Origin: Candidatus Krumholzibacteriia bacterium
GTDB taxonomy: Bacteria; Krumholzibacteriota; Krumholzibacteriia; JAJRXK01
DNA length: 64,000 nt
Assembly (NCBI GenBank): GCA_041484665.1
Contig: JBGPIA010000001.1
Coordinates: 704,001 to 768,000 of the forward strand
Direction: 5' to 3'
The notes beneath the pieces were generated by a model. It was not told where the DNA came from. It was given only the letters and a program-made list of their open reading frames with translations, and searched no databases. Positions 54,010 through 63,004 of the stretch are shown piece after piece. Position 1 is the first letter of the stretch. Every line of letters begins with the position of its first letter. A program made the translations under genes and the position numbers.

Positions 54010-56241
54010 ATGGCCCGCCCCCGCGTCGATGCCGGCGGCGGATTCCCCGCCATGCTCTACGTGCTGCGCAAAGGGCGCCAGGCTGGGGGTCTGCGCAAGC
54101 TGTACTCTCGCCTGCGCAGCCGCAACGTCTGCAAGACCTGCGCGCTGGGCATGGGCGGCCAGCGCGGTGGCATGGTGGACGAGAGCGGCCGCTTTCCGTC
54201 GGTGTGCAAGAAGTCGGTGCAGGCGCAGGCCAGTGACATGGCCGGAACGCTGCCGGAGGAGTTCTTCGGCGCCCACAGCCTCGCCGAGCTGGCCACCTTC
54301 ACCTCGGCGCAGTGGGAGCGCCAAGGGCGCCTGGCCTTCCCGGTGATCGCCGAGCCCGCGGCCACGCACTTCCGCCGCGTCGGCTGGCACGAGGCCCTCG
54401 ACCGCGCCGGCTACGCGCTGCGCGCGGCACCTCCCCGCGAGGTCTTCTTCTACACGTCGGGACGCAGCAGCAACGAGGCCGCCTTCCTGCTGCAGCTCGT
54501 CGCGCGCGCCTTCGGCACGCCCAACATCCACAACTGCTCGTTCTACTGCCACGCTGCCTCCGGTGTGGCGCTGGCTCGCGTCTACGGGTCGGGCACGGCC
54601 TCCGTGACGCTGGAGGACGTCCGAGCGGCCGACCTGGCGGTGGTCGCCGGAGCCAACCCCGCCAGCAATCACCCCCGCCTGATGACCCAGCTGGTGGAGC
54701 TGCGCCGCCGCGGCGGGAAGGTGCTGGTCATCAACCCAATGAAGGAGCTGGGTCTCACGCGCTTCCGGCTGCCGTCGGACTGGCGGAGCTTGCTGGGCGG
54801 CTCGCAGGTGAGCGATCTGTACCTGCAGCCCAACGTGGGCAGCGACGTCGCGCTGTTCAAGGCGTTGCTCAAGGGACTGCTCGAGGCGGGCGGCGCCGAC
54901 AGCGGGTTCATCGCGCAGCACACGGCCGGGTTCGACCTGGTGGAGGCCGACCTGCGCGGTAGCTCCTGGGACGAGCTGCTGGACGCCTGCGGCGTGCCCC
55001 GCGCCCAGGTCGACCAGGCGGTGGGGATGCTGCTGCAGGCGCGCCGGGGGATCTTTATGTGGGCGATGGGGCTCACGCACCACGTCCACGGCGTAGACAA
55101 CATCCTCGCCTTGTCCAACCTGGCGCTGGCGCGCGGGTGGCTGGGGCGGCCGGGCTGCGGGCTGCTGCCCATCCGCGGCCACTCCAACGTGCAGGGCGTG
55201 GGCTCGGTCGGCGTGACACCGGGCCTGAAGCGGGCCTTCGCCGCCAAGCTGGAGGAGCTTTACGGCATCAGCATCCCGGCCACGCCCGGGCAGGACACCT
55301 ACGCCTCGATGGTGGCCGCAGCCGCGGGGCGCGTGCGGGCGGCAGTGCTGCTGGGCGGCAATCTCTACGCCAGCAATCCCGACCTGCGATGGGCGGCCGC
55401 GGCGCTTTCGCGCATCGGCACGACGGTCTCCATCACCACCAAGCTCAACGAGGGGCACGTGCACGGCCGGGGGCAGACGGCGATCCTGTTACCCGTCCTC
55501 GCCCGCGACGAGGAGGCCCAGGCCACCACCCAGGAGTCGATGTTCAATTTCGTCCGCCTGTCCGATGGCGGCGAGCCCGCGGTCCAAGGTGAGATGCGCT
55601 CGGAGGTCGACGTCATCGCATCGCTCGCCGAGCGCGTGCTGCCGCCTTCGCGCTTCGACTGGACGGCCCTGCGCGACCACCACCACTTGCGCCAGCAGAT
55701 CAGCAAGGTCGTGCCGGGCTATCAGGAGATCGCTGCCATCGACGAGAGCCAGCACGAGTTCCAGATCGCCGGGCGCACGTTCCACGCGCCGCGGTTCGCG
55801 ACGGCGGACGGCCGCGCGCGCTTCCACGTGACACCCATCCCCGAATTCGCCACGCGGGCGCAGGACGGCGAGTTCCGCCTGATGACCCTGCGCAGCGAGG
55901 GGCAGTTCAACACGGTCGTCTACGAGGAGGAGGACGTCTACCGCGGCAACGCGCGGCGCGACGTGGTGATGATGAGCGAGCAGGACGCGCTGCGCCTGGG
56001 GCTGGCCGAGGGCAGCCGCGTGACCGTCGAGACCGAGGCGGGCTGGATGGCCGCGTCGGTGGCGGTCGTCGACCTGCCACCCGGCAACATCGCCATGTAC
56101 TACCCCGAGGCCAACGTGCTCGTGCCGCGGCGCATCGACCCGCAGAGCAAGACGCCCGCGTTCAAGAGCGTGAAGGCGAAGGTCAAGACGCTTGCCGCTT
56201 CCGCCAGCGCCGAAGCTGCAGTGCCGGCGACGCCACGCTGA
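54010..56241 (+). CDS. FdhF/YdeP-family molybdopterin oxidoreductase
   Basis: CKTCALGMGG, FYTSGRSSNEA, NCSFYCH, NP.SNHPR, PIRGHSNVQG and TLRSEGQFNT. Confidence 0.92.
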   Translation: MARPRVDAGGGFPAMLYVLRKGRQAGGLRKLYSRLRSRNVCKTCALGMGGQRGGMVDESGRFPSVCKKSVQAQASDMAGTLPEEFFGAHSLAELATFTSAQWERQGRLAFPVIAEPAATHFRRVGWHEALDRAGYALRAAPPREVFFYTSGRSSNEAAFLLQLVARAFGTPNIHNCSFYCHAASGVALARVYGSGTASVTLEDVRAADLAVVAGANPASNHPRLMTQLVELRRRGGKVLVINPMKELGLTRFRLPSDWRSLLGGSQVSDLYLQPNVGSDVALFKALLKGLLEAGGADSGFIAQHTAGFDLVEADLRGSSWDELLDACGVPRAQVDQAVGMLLQARRGIFMWAMGLTHHVHGVDNILALSNLALARGWLGRPGCGLLPIRGHSNVQGVGSVGVTPGLKRAFAAKLEELYGISIPATPGQDTYASMVAAAAGRVRAAVLLGGNLYASNPDLRWAAAALSRIGTTVSITTKLNEGHVHGRGQTAILLPVLARDEEAQATTQESMFNFVRLSDGGEPAVQGEMRSEVDVIASLAERVLPPSRFDWTALRDHHHLRQQISKVVPGYQEIAAIDESQHEFQIAGRTFHAPRFATADGRARFHVTPIPEFATRAQDGEFRLMTLRSEGQFNTVVYEEEDVYRGNARRDVVMMSEQDALRLGLAEGSRVTVETEAGWMAASVAVVDLPPGNIAMYYPEANVLVPRRIDPQSKTPAFKSVKAKVKTLAASASAEAAVPATPR

Positions 56242-56250
56242 CCCAGGCGC

Positions 56251-56814
56251 TCAGGGGAGGATGGCGACAAACAGCTGGGCTGGGCCGTGCGCAGGCACGA
56301 CCAGCGTCTTCTCGACGTCGGCCGTACGGCTGGGCCCCGTGATCATCGTGAAGTCGCCGGCGGGAAGTCGGCTCAGCGCGTCCGCCAGCCGCGGCACGAT
56401 GCGGCCCGCCTCGGTCACGACGAGATGCACGCGGGGCAGCAACGACAAGGCCCACGGCTCGTGCAAAGAGCGGGTCAGGATCAAGCTTGCGCTCTCGGCG
56501 ACCAACAGGTCGGCGCCGCCCAGACCGGCATCGAGCTCCGCCATCTGCTGGAGAGACGGCGGGGCGGACGGATCGATGACGGTCAGTGAATCCAGCTCGC
56601 GCCGCAGCAGTGCGACGACGGCCGCAAGCTCCGGCCGCGACGCGGCCAGCACCCGCTGCGCCTGCTGCTCGCGCAGGACCAGGGCGAGCCAGCCAGCGGC
56701 TTCCGCCGGCGTCGCGCACGCGCGCACGGCTCCATGCGTCACGCCACCACACTCCACCAGCGGCGCGAACGCCTCGGCGAACCGCCGCAGCTCCCCCGGC
56801 GCGACGACGCTCAT
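56251..56814 (-). CDS. lutC: Lactate utilization protein C (LUD domain)
   Basis: SLLP.VH and ITGPSRTADVE..LV...HGP; coupled to lutB. Confidence 0.85.
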   Translation of the reverse strand: MSVVAPGELRRFAEAFAPLVECGGVTHGAVRACATPAEAAGWLALVLREQQAQRVLAASRPELAAVVALLRRELDSLTVIDPSAPPSLQQMAELDAGLGGADLLVAESASLILTRSLHEPWALSLLPRVHLVVTEAGRIVPRLADALSRLPAGDFTMITGPSRTADVEKTLVVPAHGPAQLFVAILP

Positions 56815-58343
56815 GCTGCGGGCCTGCGGGTGCCCGCGGCGCGCTCGCGCCTCTCCCATTCCTTCAGGAAGCTGCGGCGCGCAGGCGTGGGCAGGCTGCG
56901 GCCTAACGTCCAGCCACCGACCAGCGCGGCCGCCAGGCGGGATCTAGGGCGAGCGTTGCCGGAGCCGCCCGCGGCGCGCGTGCCCCCGCCGGAGCCTGTG
57001 GCACGGCGCAGGATCGCGCGGCCAGCACCCGCCACGAAGTGGAACAGACGCGGGCGGCTCAGCACGAACGCCCACGCACTCCAGCCGAGCACCTCGAGAC
57101 GTCCGGCGCCGGCCGCCGGCGCCTGCGCGCCGCTCGTGTCGCGGCCGCCGACGCCGTCGCCGTCGGTGTGACCGCGAGCGACGCCACCCGAGCCACGCAC
57201 GTAGCGCTCCCGTCCCTCCCGCAGCAACTCTGGCAGGTCGATGCCCACCGGGCAGACGTCGCGACAGGCACCGCACAGAGACGACGCGAACGGCAGCGCG
57301 GCGCCGGCCGCCGCGTCGATACCGATCCCATGCGGCCCGAGCAACGACCCGATCGGCCCGGGGTACACCGAACCGTACGCATATCCGCCGATCCGCTCGT
57401 AGACGGGACAGGCGTTGAGACACGCGCCGCAGCGGATGCAGGCCAGGATCTCGCGGCGCACCGGATCGGCGTGGATGCGCCGGCGCCCGCCGTCGAGCAG
57501 CACGACGTGACGCTCGGGCGGGCCCGCCCCACCCACGACGGAGACGTAGGTCCCCATCTCCTGCCCCGTCGCGCTGCGCGGCAGCACGGCCAGCAGGGGG
57601 CCCAGGTCGGCCCGGCGCGCGATCACCTTCTCGATGCCTGCCACGGCCACGTGCAGCCGGGGCAGCGTGAGACACATGCGGATGTTGGCCTCGTTCTCCA
57701 GCAGTACGAGCTCTCCGGTCTCGGCGATGAGTAGGTTCGCGCCCGAGATACCGGCATCCGCGCCCAGGAACCGCTGGCGCAACGCGCGCCGGGCGATCGC
57801 CGTCAGCTCGACCGGATCGTCGGTGTAGGCGACGCCCAGCTTATCGGCGAACAGACGGCCGATCTGCTGGCGCGTGAGATGGATCGCCGGCGCCGTGATG
57901 TGGCTGGGAGTCTGCCCCGCCAGCTGGACGATGAACTCGCCCAGGTCGGTCTCGATCGCATCGATACCGCAGCGCTGCAGCGCAGCATTGAGATGGACCT
58001 CCTCGGTAGCCATGGACTTGGCCTTGATCGCGCTGCGGGCGCCATGCTCCTGGAGAATCGTGACCACAATGCGGCAGGCCTCCGTGGCGTCGGCCGCGTG
58101 CCAGGTGCACCCGCCGGCGGCGGCGAAGTTGCGCTCGAACGCCGCTCCCAGCTCGTCGAGGCGCTCGACCGCCTCGTGGCGGATCGCCGTGGCGCTCGCG
58201 CGCTGTTCTGCCCAGTCGGGCATACGCGCGATGGACTGCTCGCGGCGGGCGCGACCGCGCGCAGTGGCGTTCTCATAGGGGCGCGCGAGCGCCGGGTCGG
58301 CCACGGCGGCGCGGATGCGGGCGCGCAGCGCTGCGAGGCTCAT
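56811..58343 (-). CDS. lutB: Lactate utilization protein B (Fe-S)
   Basis: K.KSM.TEE, ETDLGEFI, PSHI.APAIH, CIRCGAC.NACP and SLCGAC..VCP. Confidence 0.93.
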   Translation of the reverse strand: MSLAALRARIRAAVADPALARPYENATARGRARREQSIARMPDWAEQRASATAIRHEAVERLDELGAAFERNFAAAGGCTWHAADATEACRIVVTILQEHGARSAIKAKSMATEEVHLNAALQRCGIDAIETDLGEFIVQLAGQTPSHITAPAIHLTRQQIGRLFADKLGVAYTDDPVELTAIARRALRQRFLGADAGISGANLLIAETGELVLLENEANIRMCLTLPRLHVAVAGIEKVIARRADLGPLLAVLPRSATGQEMGTYVSVVGGAGPPERHVVLLDGGRRRIHADPVRREILACIRCGACLNACPVYERIGGYAYGSVYPGPIGSLLGPHGIGIDAAAGAALPFASSLCGACRDVCPVGIDLPELLREGRERYVRGSGGVARGHTDGDGVGGRDTSGAQAPAAGAGRLEVLGWSAWAFVLSRPRLFHFVAGAGRAILRRATGSGGGTRAAGGSGNARPRSRLAAALVGGWTLGRSLPTPARRSFLKEWERRERAAGTRRPAA

Positions 58344-59089
58344 GCCGGCCGCTCCCCGCCGTCGCCGGCCAGCACCTGGGCCAGGTGCAGTACGCGCAGA
58401 TGGCCGCGATCCAGCCCGTCGCCACGCCAGCGAACGCGCGCGTCGAGGTGCGTCAGGCACATCACCTCGCCGCTGATGAGCAGATCGGCCTGGGCGCCGC
58501 GGATTGTCTCGAGCTTCGCGTCGGCCATGGCCACGCTCAACTCCGGCAGCTTGACCGCGAACGTCCCGCCGAAACCGCAGCAGAGGTCGGCGCGCGGTAG
58601 CTCCACCAGTTGCAGGCCGCTCACGTTGGCGAGCAGCCGCCGCGGCTGATCGTGGATCCCCAGCTCGCGCAGCCCGTGGCAGCCGTCATGGAGACAGGCC
58701 ACCGCCTCGCAGCGCGCGCCCACGTCCTCGACCCTCAGCACGTCCACGAGCAGTTCGCTCAGCTCGAAGGTACGCGCCGCGAGGTCCGCCGCCGAAGCGG
58801 CCTGCGGCTGGTCGGCGAAGAAGGCCGGATAGTGCCGGCGCACCAGCCCGGCGCACGACCCGGACGGGACCACGACCGTCTCGGCGTCGGCGAAGGCGCG
58901 CAGCCACGCCCGCCCCACGGCGCGTCCTTGATCACAGAAGCCGCTGTTGAACGCGGGCTGGCCACAGCAGGTCTGGCCCCGCGGGACGACGACCGCATGG
59001 CCCAGGCGCTCCAGCACGCGCACGGTGGACCAAGCCACCTCGGGGGCGAGCTGGTCGACGAAGCAGGGAACGAACAGATGGATGCGCAC
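58340..59089 (-). CDS. lutA: Lactate utilization protein A (CCG Fe-S domains)
   Basis: F.PCFVD, QTCCGQP..NSG, PSGSC, HD.CH..R and CCGFGGTF. Confidence 0.93.
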   Translation of the reverse strand: MRIHLFVPCFVDQLAPEVAWSTVRVLERLGHAVVVPRGQTCCGQPAFNSGFCDQGRAVGRAWLRAFADAETVVVPSGSCAGLVRRHYPAFFADQPQAASAADLAARTFELSELLVDVLRVEDVGARCEAVACLHDGCHGLRELGIHDQPRRLLANVSGLQLVELPRADLCCGFGGTFAVKLPELSVAMADAKLETIRGAQADLLISGEVMCLTHLDARVRWRGDGLDRGHLRVLHLAQVLAGDGGERPA

Positions 59090-59137
59090 GACATCCTGGC
59101 GGCTGCAATGGAGGCGCGAAGCCGCAGAGCCGGCGCA

Positions 59138-59166
59138 AATCTAGCAGCCGTCCGGCCCGATCCCAA
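59138..59166 (-). promoter_or_regulatory. sigma70-type promoter of lutABC
   Basis: Minus strand TTGGGA-17 nt-TAGATT with extended -10 TG. Confidence 0.45.
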
Positions 59167-59364
59167 GGCGTGAGCCCCCACCGCGGAATCCTAAGTATGG
59201 CGAACGGCGCGCCGGGGTGCGCGCCGGGACAGACTCCAGTCCCGGTCGCCACATGGTGCGACCAGCCGCATCACATTTCCAGACTTTTTCGGACACCGTG
59301 CATGCCGTATCGGTTGGTCGGCCCCAGCCAGAATGAACTCGCCCTCTGCCGGGAGCGTGAACGC

Positions 59365-60645
59365 GTGAACTCCTATCCCGACCATCGCGCCCTGTACCGC
59401 CTGCCGTGGAGCCTGCCCGACAACCCCATCGCCTGGCTCGAGTCGACCTCCTGCTGCAACATGTACTGCGAGGGTTGCTACCGGGCCAACGAGCGGGACA
59501 GCCACAAGTCGCTCGACTCGATCCGCGCCGAGCTGGAGGTCTTCGCGAAGTTCCGCAAGTTCGACGGGGTGTCGATTGCGGGTGGAGATCCCCTCACCCA
59601 CCCCGAGATCGTGGGGATCGTGGAGCTGGCGACCAGGATGGGCTACAAGCCCATCGTCAACACCAACGGCCAGGCCCTCAGCGACGACCTGCTGCGCGAC
59701 CTGCACGCCGCGGGCGCGCGAGGCTTCACTTTCCACATCGACAGCAAGCAGGCGCGGCCCGGCTGGCGCGGCAAGAACGAAGCGGAGCTCAACACCTTGC
59801 GCCAGGACTTCGCCGACCGTCTCGCGGAGTACGGCGACATCTCGTGCGCCTTCAATTCCACCGTCTACGAGGAGACTCTGCCCTACGCCCCCGAAATGAT
59901 CGAGTGGGCGGCGCAAAACATCGACAGGGTCCACGTGATGGTCTTCATCGCCTTCCGGCAGGCTTCGGGCGGCCTGGGGGACCGCGTGGACTTCTACGTG
60001 GGCGATCGCAAGATCCCCATGGAAGCCCTGGTGTACAGCCGTCCGGCGGGAAGCCAGCGCCTCGACATCTCGTCACGGGACGTGGTGGCGGAGATCCGCA
60101 AGCGGTTCCCGGACTTCGCGCCTTGCGCCTACCTCAACGGCAGCGAGAAGGCCGACTCGCTCAAGTGGCTGCTCACGACCCGGATCGGCACGAAGGACCG
60201 CATCCTGGGCCACGCGGGACCGCACTTCATGGAGCTGGCGCAGAACGTCCACCATCTCCGCCATGGACGCTTCCAGGCGTACGCCCCGCCGTCGACGTTG
60301 CGGCGCGGCCGGACGCTGGCTCTGGTGGGCTCGTTGTTCGACCAGGGGATGCGCGGCGTGCTGAGACGCTACCTGCGCGGCGTGCTGGCACGCCCCTGGA
60401 CGGTGGCGAATGGGGTGTACATGCAGTCGGTGATGATCATCCAGCCGATCGATATCCTGGAGAACGGGGCGATGAATATGTGCGACGCCTGCCCGGACAT
60501 CACGGTCCACGGGGACCAGCTGGTGTGGTCGTGCCGCCTGGAGGAGTGCCTCAAGTTCGGAGGCTTCGCCCGGGCGGTGCCGCGGCGTGTGCCCGAGTCT
60601 CGTCCGGAGCGTGAAACGATGAAGTCCGTGGCGCGCGGCCTGTAG
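59365..60645 (+). CDS. Radical SAM protein of unknown function
   Basis: CNMYCEGC motif, AGGDPL.HP, NTNG; additional C-terminal MCDACPD and WSCR; start estimated at GTG 59365. Confidence 0.88.
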   Translation: MNSYPDHRALYRLPWSLPDNPIAWLESTSCCNMYCEGCYRANERDSHKSLDSIRAELEVFAKFRKFDGVSIAGGDPLTHPEIVGIVELATRMGYKPIVNTNGQALSDDLLRDLHAAGARGFTFHIDSKQARPGWRGKNEAELNTLRQDFADRLAEYGDISCAFNSTVYEETLPYAPEMIEWAAQNIDRVHVMVFIAFRQASGGLGDRVDFYVGDRKIPMEALVYSRPAGSQRLDISSRDVVAEIRKRFPDFAPCAYLNGSEKADSLKWLLTTRIGTKDRILGHAGPHFMELAQNVHHLRHGRFQAYAPPSTLRRGRTLALVGSLFDQGMRGVLRRYLRGVLARPWTVANGVYMQSVMIIQPIDILENGAMNMCDACPDITVHGDQLVWSCRLEECLKFGGFARAVPRRVPESRPERETMKSVARGL

Positions 60646-60655
60646 GGCCGCCCTC

Positions 60656-61582
60656 TCAGACGCGCGCGGCGCGGGAGCGGTCCCGGAACACGCCGGCCAC
60701 CGACAGCAGGATCATGGCGCTGCCCAGTAGCGTCCAGCCTGTGACGCGCTCGCGCAACACCAGCCAGCCCAACAGCACCGCTACCACGGGGTTGACGTAC
60801 GCGTAAGTCATCACCACCTGGGTGGGCAGCATGCGTACCGCGGTCACGAACGAGGTGAACGCCAAGAGCGATCCGAACACGAGTAGGTACGCCCATCCCA
60901 GCCAGGCGGCGGGCGTGGGCGTGGGCCGCGGCTCGCGCAACAGCAACGCCGCGAGCACGAAGCCGATCCCGCCGAACAGGGACTGATACCCGGCGCTGAC
61001 GCGGGGCGCGAGCTCGACGGGGCGGCGGCGCTGCAGGATGGTGCCGCAGCCCCAGGAGAGCCCGCCCAGCAGCAGCGCCAGCGCGGCCAGCGTGTCACCG
61101 CGCTCGCCGCGCCGCAGCACGGGCGCGCTGAGCACGGCGATGCCGAGCAGCCCCAGCAACAGCGAGCCCATCAAGAGCAGCGAAGGCTTGCGCCGGTCCA
61201 GCCGCGACTCGATCAGCGCCACCCACAATGGTGTCGTGCCGATGAGCAGCGCCGCGTAGCCCGATTCCGCGCGCTGCTCGGCCCACATCACCCCACCGTT
61301 GCCGCCCACCCACAAGAGGCAGCCCGCGGCGATCATGAGCGCGGCCTCGCGCCGTGCGATCGCCACGCGGCGCCCCTCGAGCTTGGCCCAGCCCAGAAGC
61401 AGCGCGCCGCCGATCAGCACCCGCATCGCGCCCAGCGTGAACGGCGGGAAGCCCGCTCCCGCCCGCACGGCGACGCGGATCGCCAGGTAGGTGCTCCCCC
61501 AGACCAGATACACGACGCACAGGTGCAGGAGGCCTTTGACCGGGAGCCCGCCGATCCGGCGCCCGGCAAGGGACCCGCTCAA
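60656..61582 (-). CDS. EamA/DMT family transporter
   Basis: VY.VWGSTY.AI, GNG...WAEQ and YAYVNPVVA; about 10 TM helices. Confidence 0.92.
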   Translation of the reverse strand: MSGSLAGRRIGGLPVKGLLHLCVVYLVWGSTYLAIRVAVRAGAGFPPFTLGAMRVLIGGALLLGWAKLEGRRVAIARREAALMIAAGCLLWVGGNGGVMWAEQRAESGYAALLIGTTPLWVALIESRLDRRKPSLLLMGSLLLGLLGIAVLSAPVLRRGERGDTLAALALLLGGLSWGCGTILQRRRPVELAPRVSAGYQSLFGGIGFVLAALLLREPRPTPTPAAWLGWAYLLVFGSLLAFTSFVTAVRMLPTQVVMTYAYVNPVVAVLLGWLVLRERVTGWTLLGSAMILLSVAGVFRDRSRAARV

Positions 61583-62865
61583 CGCCTCCCCTCCCGCGCC
61601 GTGCCGCCCGCGCCGGGGGCCTCGCTGCTGCTGGGCTGCGGCGCGCCGGGGGCCGGCACCGGCGCGGCGGCTAGCGCACGCAGGTCGCTCGGCGAGACGC
61701 CCAAGAGCACGAGCAGCACCTGCAGGTTGTTGCGGTGGATGGCACCGTCGGCAACGCGGTGCGCGGCCTCCTTGGCGCGAAACGCCACGCCCAGGCCCGC
61801 CGCCTGGAGCATCGGGATGTCGTTGGCGCCGTCGCCCACGCCGACCACCTGCGAGAGGGGCACACCCTCAGCGCGGGCGATCTCGCGCAGCCGCTCCGCC
61901 TTGCCTTCCGCGTCCAGCAGCGGAGGCAGCAGGCGGCCCGTCAGTGCGCCATGCTGGATCTCCAGTATGTTGCCGAAGGCGTAGTCCAGCCCCAGGCGTT
62001 TGCGCAGCCGCTCGACGAAGAACGTGAAACCCCCGCTGATGACGCCCACCCGCAGCCCCAGCGCCTTGAGCGCGGCGATGGTCTCCTGCGCGCCCGGCGT
62101 CAGGGGCATGGCGGCTGCGGCCTCCTCCAGCTGCTCGACCTTGAGCCCGCGCAGCAACGCGACGCGCTGGGTCAGTGCGGTGGCGAAGTCGAGCTCGCCC
62201 TCCATGGCGCGCCGCGTGATGGCGGCCACCTGCTCGGCGACGCCCGCACGCCGCGCCAGCTCGTCGATCATCTCGCCCGCCACCAGCGTGGAGTCGGCGT
62301 CCATCAGCACGATGCGCTTGCTCTTGCGGTAGGCATTCTCGCGGGCCAGCGCGATGTCGGCGCCGGCCGCTTCCCCCTGGCGCAGCAGCTCGCGACGCAT
62401 CGCCTCCACGTCGGTCACGGCGCGGGCGTCCACGATCAGCTCGGCGGCGCGGATGTCTTCATCGGCCAGGCGGCGCACGCTCACGATGTTCGCCCCGTGG
62501 CGGCCGGTGACGGCCGCCACCGCAGCGACCATGGCCGCCGCGTCGCCCGAGCCCAGCACGGTGAGGGCCCACAGATCATGCTCGTTGAGCGTGAACAGCT
62601 CACCTTGGGAGATGGGCTTGGCCTGCACGCTGAGACCCAGGCGCTGCGCTGCGGGAAAGAACCGCGTCAGCACCGCCTGGGCGCGCTCGGGCTGGCCGCC
62701 CAGGTCCACCAGGAAGGAGAGGGCCAGAAAGCTCTGCAGCGTGGCCTGCTCGATGTCCACCAGCTCGATTCCCTCGGCAGCGAGCACCGCGGCCAGCTCG
62801 GCAAGGATCCCGGGCCGGTCGGGGCCCGTGACGGCAAGGATGACAGGCTCGCGCACCGGTCGCAT
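61579..62865 (-). CDS. serB: Phosphoserine phosphatase with N-terminal ACT domains
   Basis: TGPDRPG, HAD motif DADST, ISGGF and GDGANDI.M. Confidence 0.94.
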   Translation of the reverse strand: MRPVREPVILAVTGPDRPGILAELAAVLAAEGIELVDIEQATLQSFLALSFLVDLGGQPERAQAVLTRFFPAAQRLGLSVQAKPISQGELFTLNEHDLWALTVLGSGDAAAMVAAVAAVTGRHGANIVSVRRLADEDIRAAELIVDARAVTDVEAMRRELLRQGEAAGADIALARENAYRKSKRIVLMDADSTLVAGEMIDELARRAGVAEQVAAITRRAMEGELDFATALTQRVALLRGLKVEQLEEAAAAMPLTPGAQETIAALKALGLRVGVISGGFTFFVERLRKRLGLDYAFGNILEIQHGALTGRLLPPLLDAEGKAERLREIARAEGVPLSQVVGVGDGANDIPMLQAAGLGVAFRAKEAAHRVADGAIHRNNLQVLLVLLGVSPSDLRALAAAPVPAPGAPQPSSSEAPGAGGTAREGRR

Positions 62866-63004
62866 CGCTGGACTCTCCGCGGGGCTGCAAGCGGGGTCGC
62901 TTCGCAGGGGTCGCGCGCCCGCTTCTTTGGCTTGAACTCCCGCGCGCGCGCGCCTATCCTTCTCACCTTCCTCCGCCCGCACAGCGCAAGTTCCAGGAGA
63001 AGCG

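Noticed and set aside
54010..56241. Selenocysteine-containing formate dehydrogenase (also checked arsM)
   Set aside because: No in-frame TGA in either gene; the motifs match the Cys-type YdeP subfamily.
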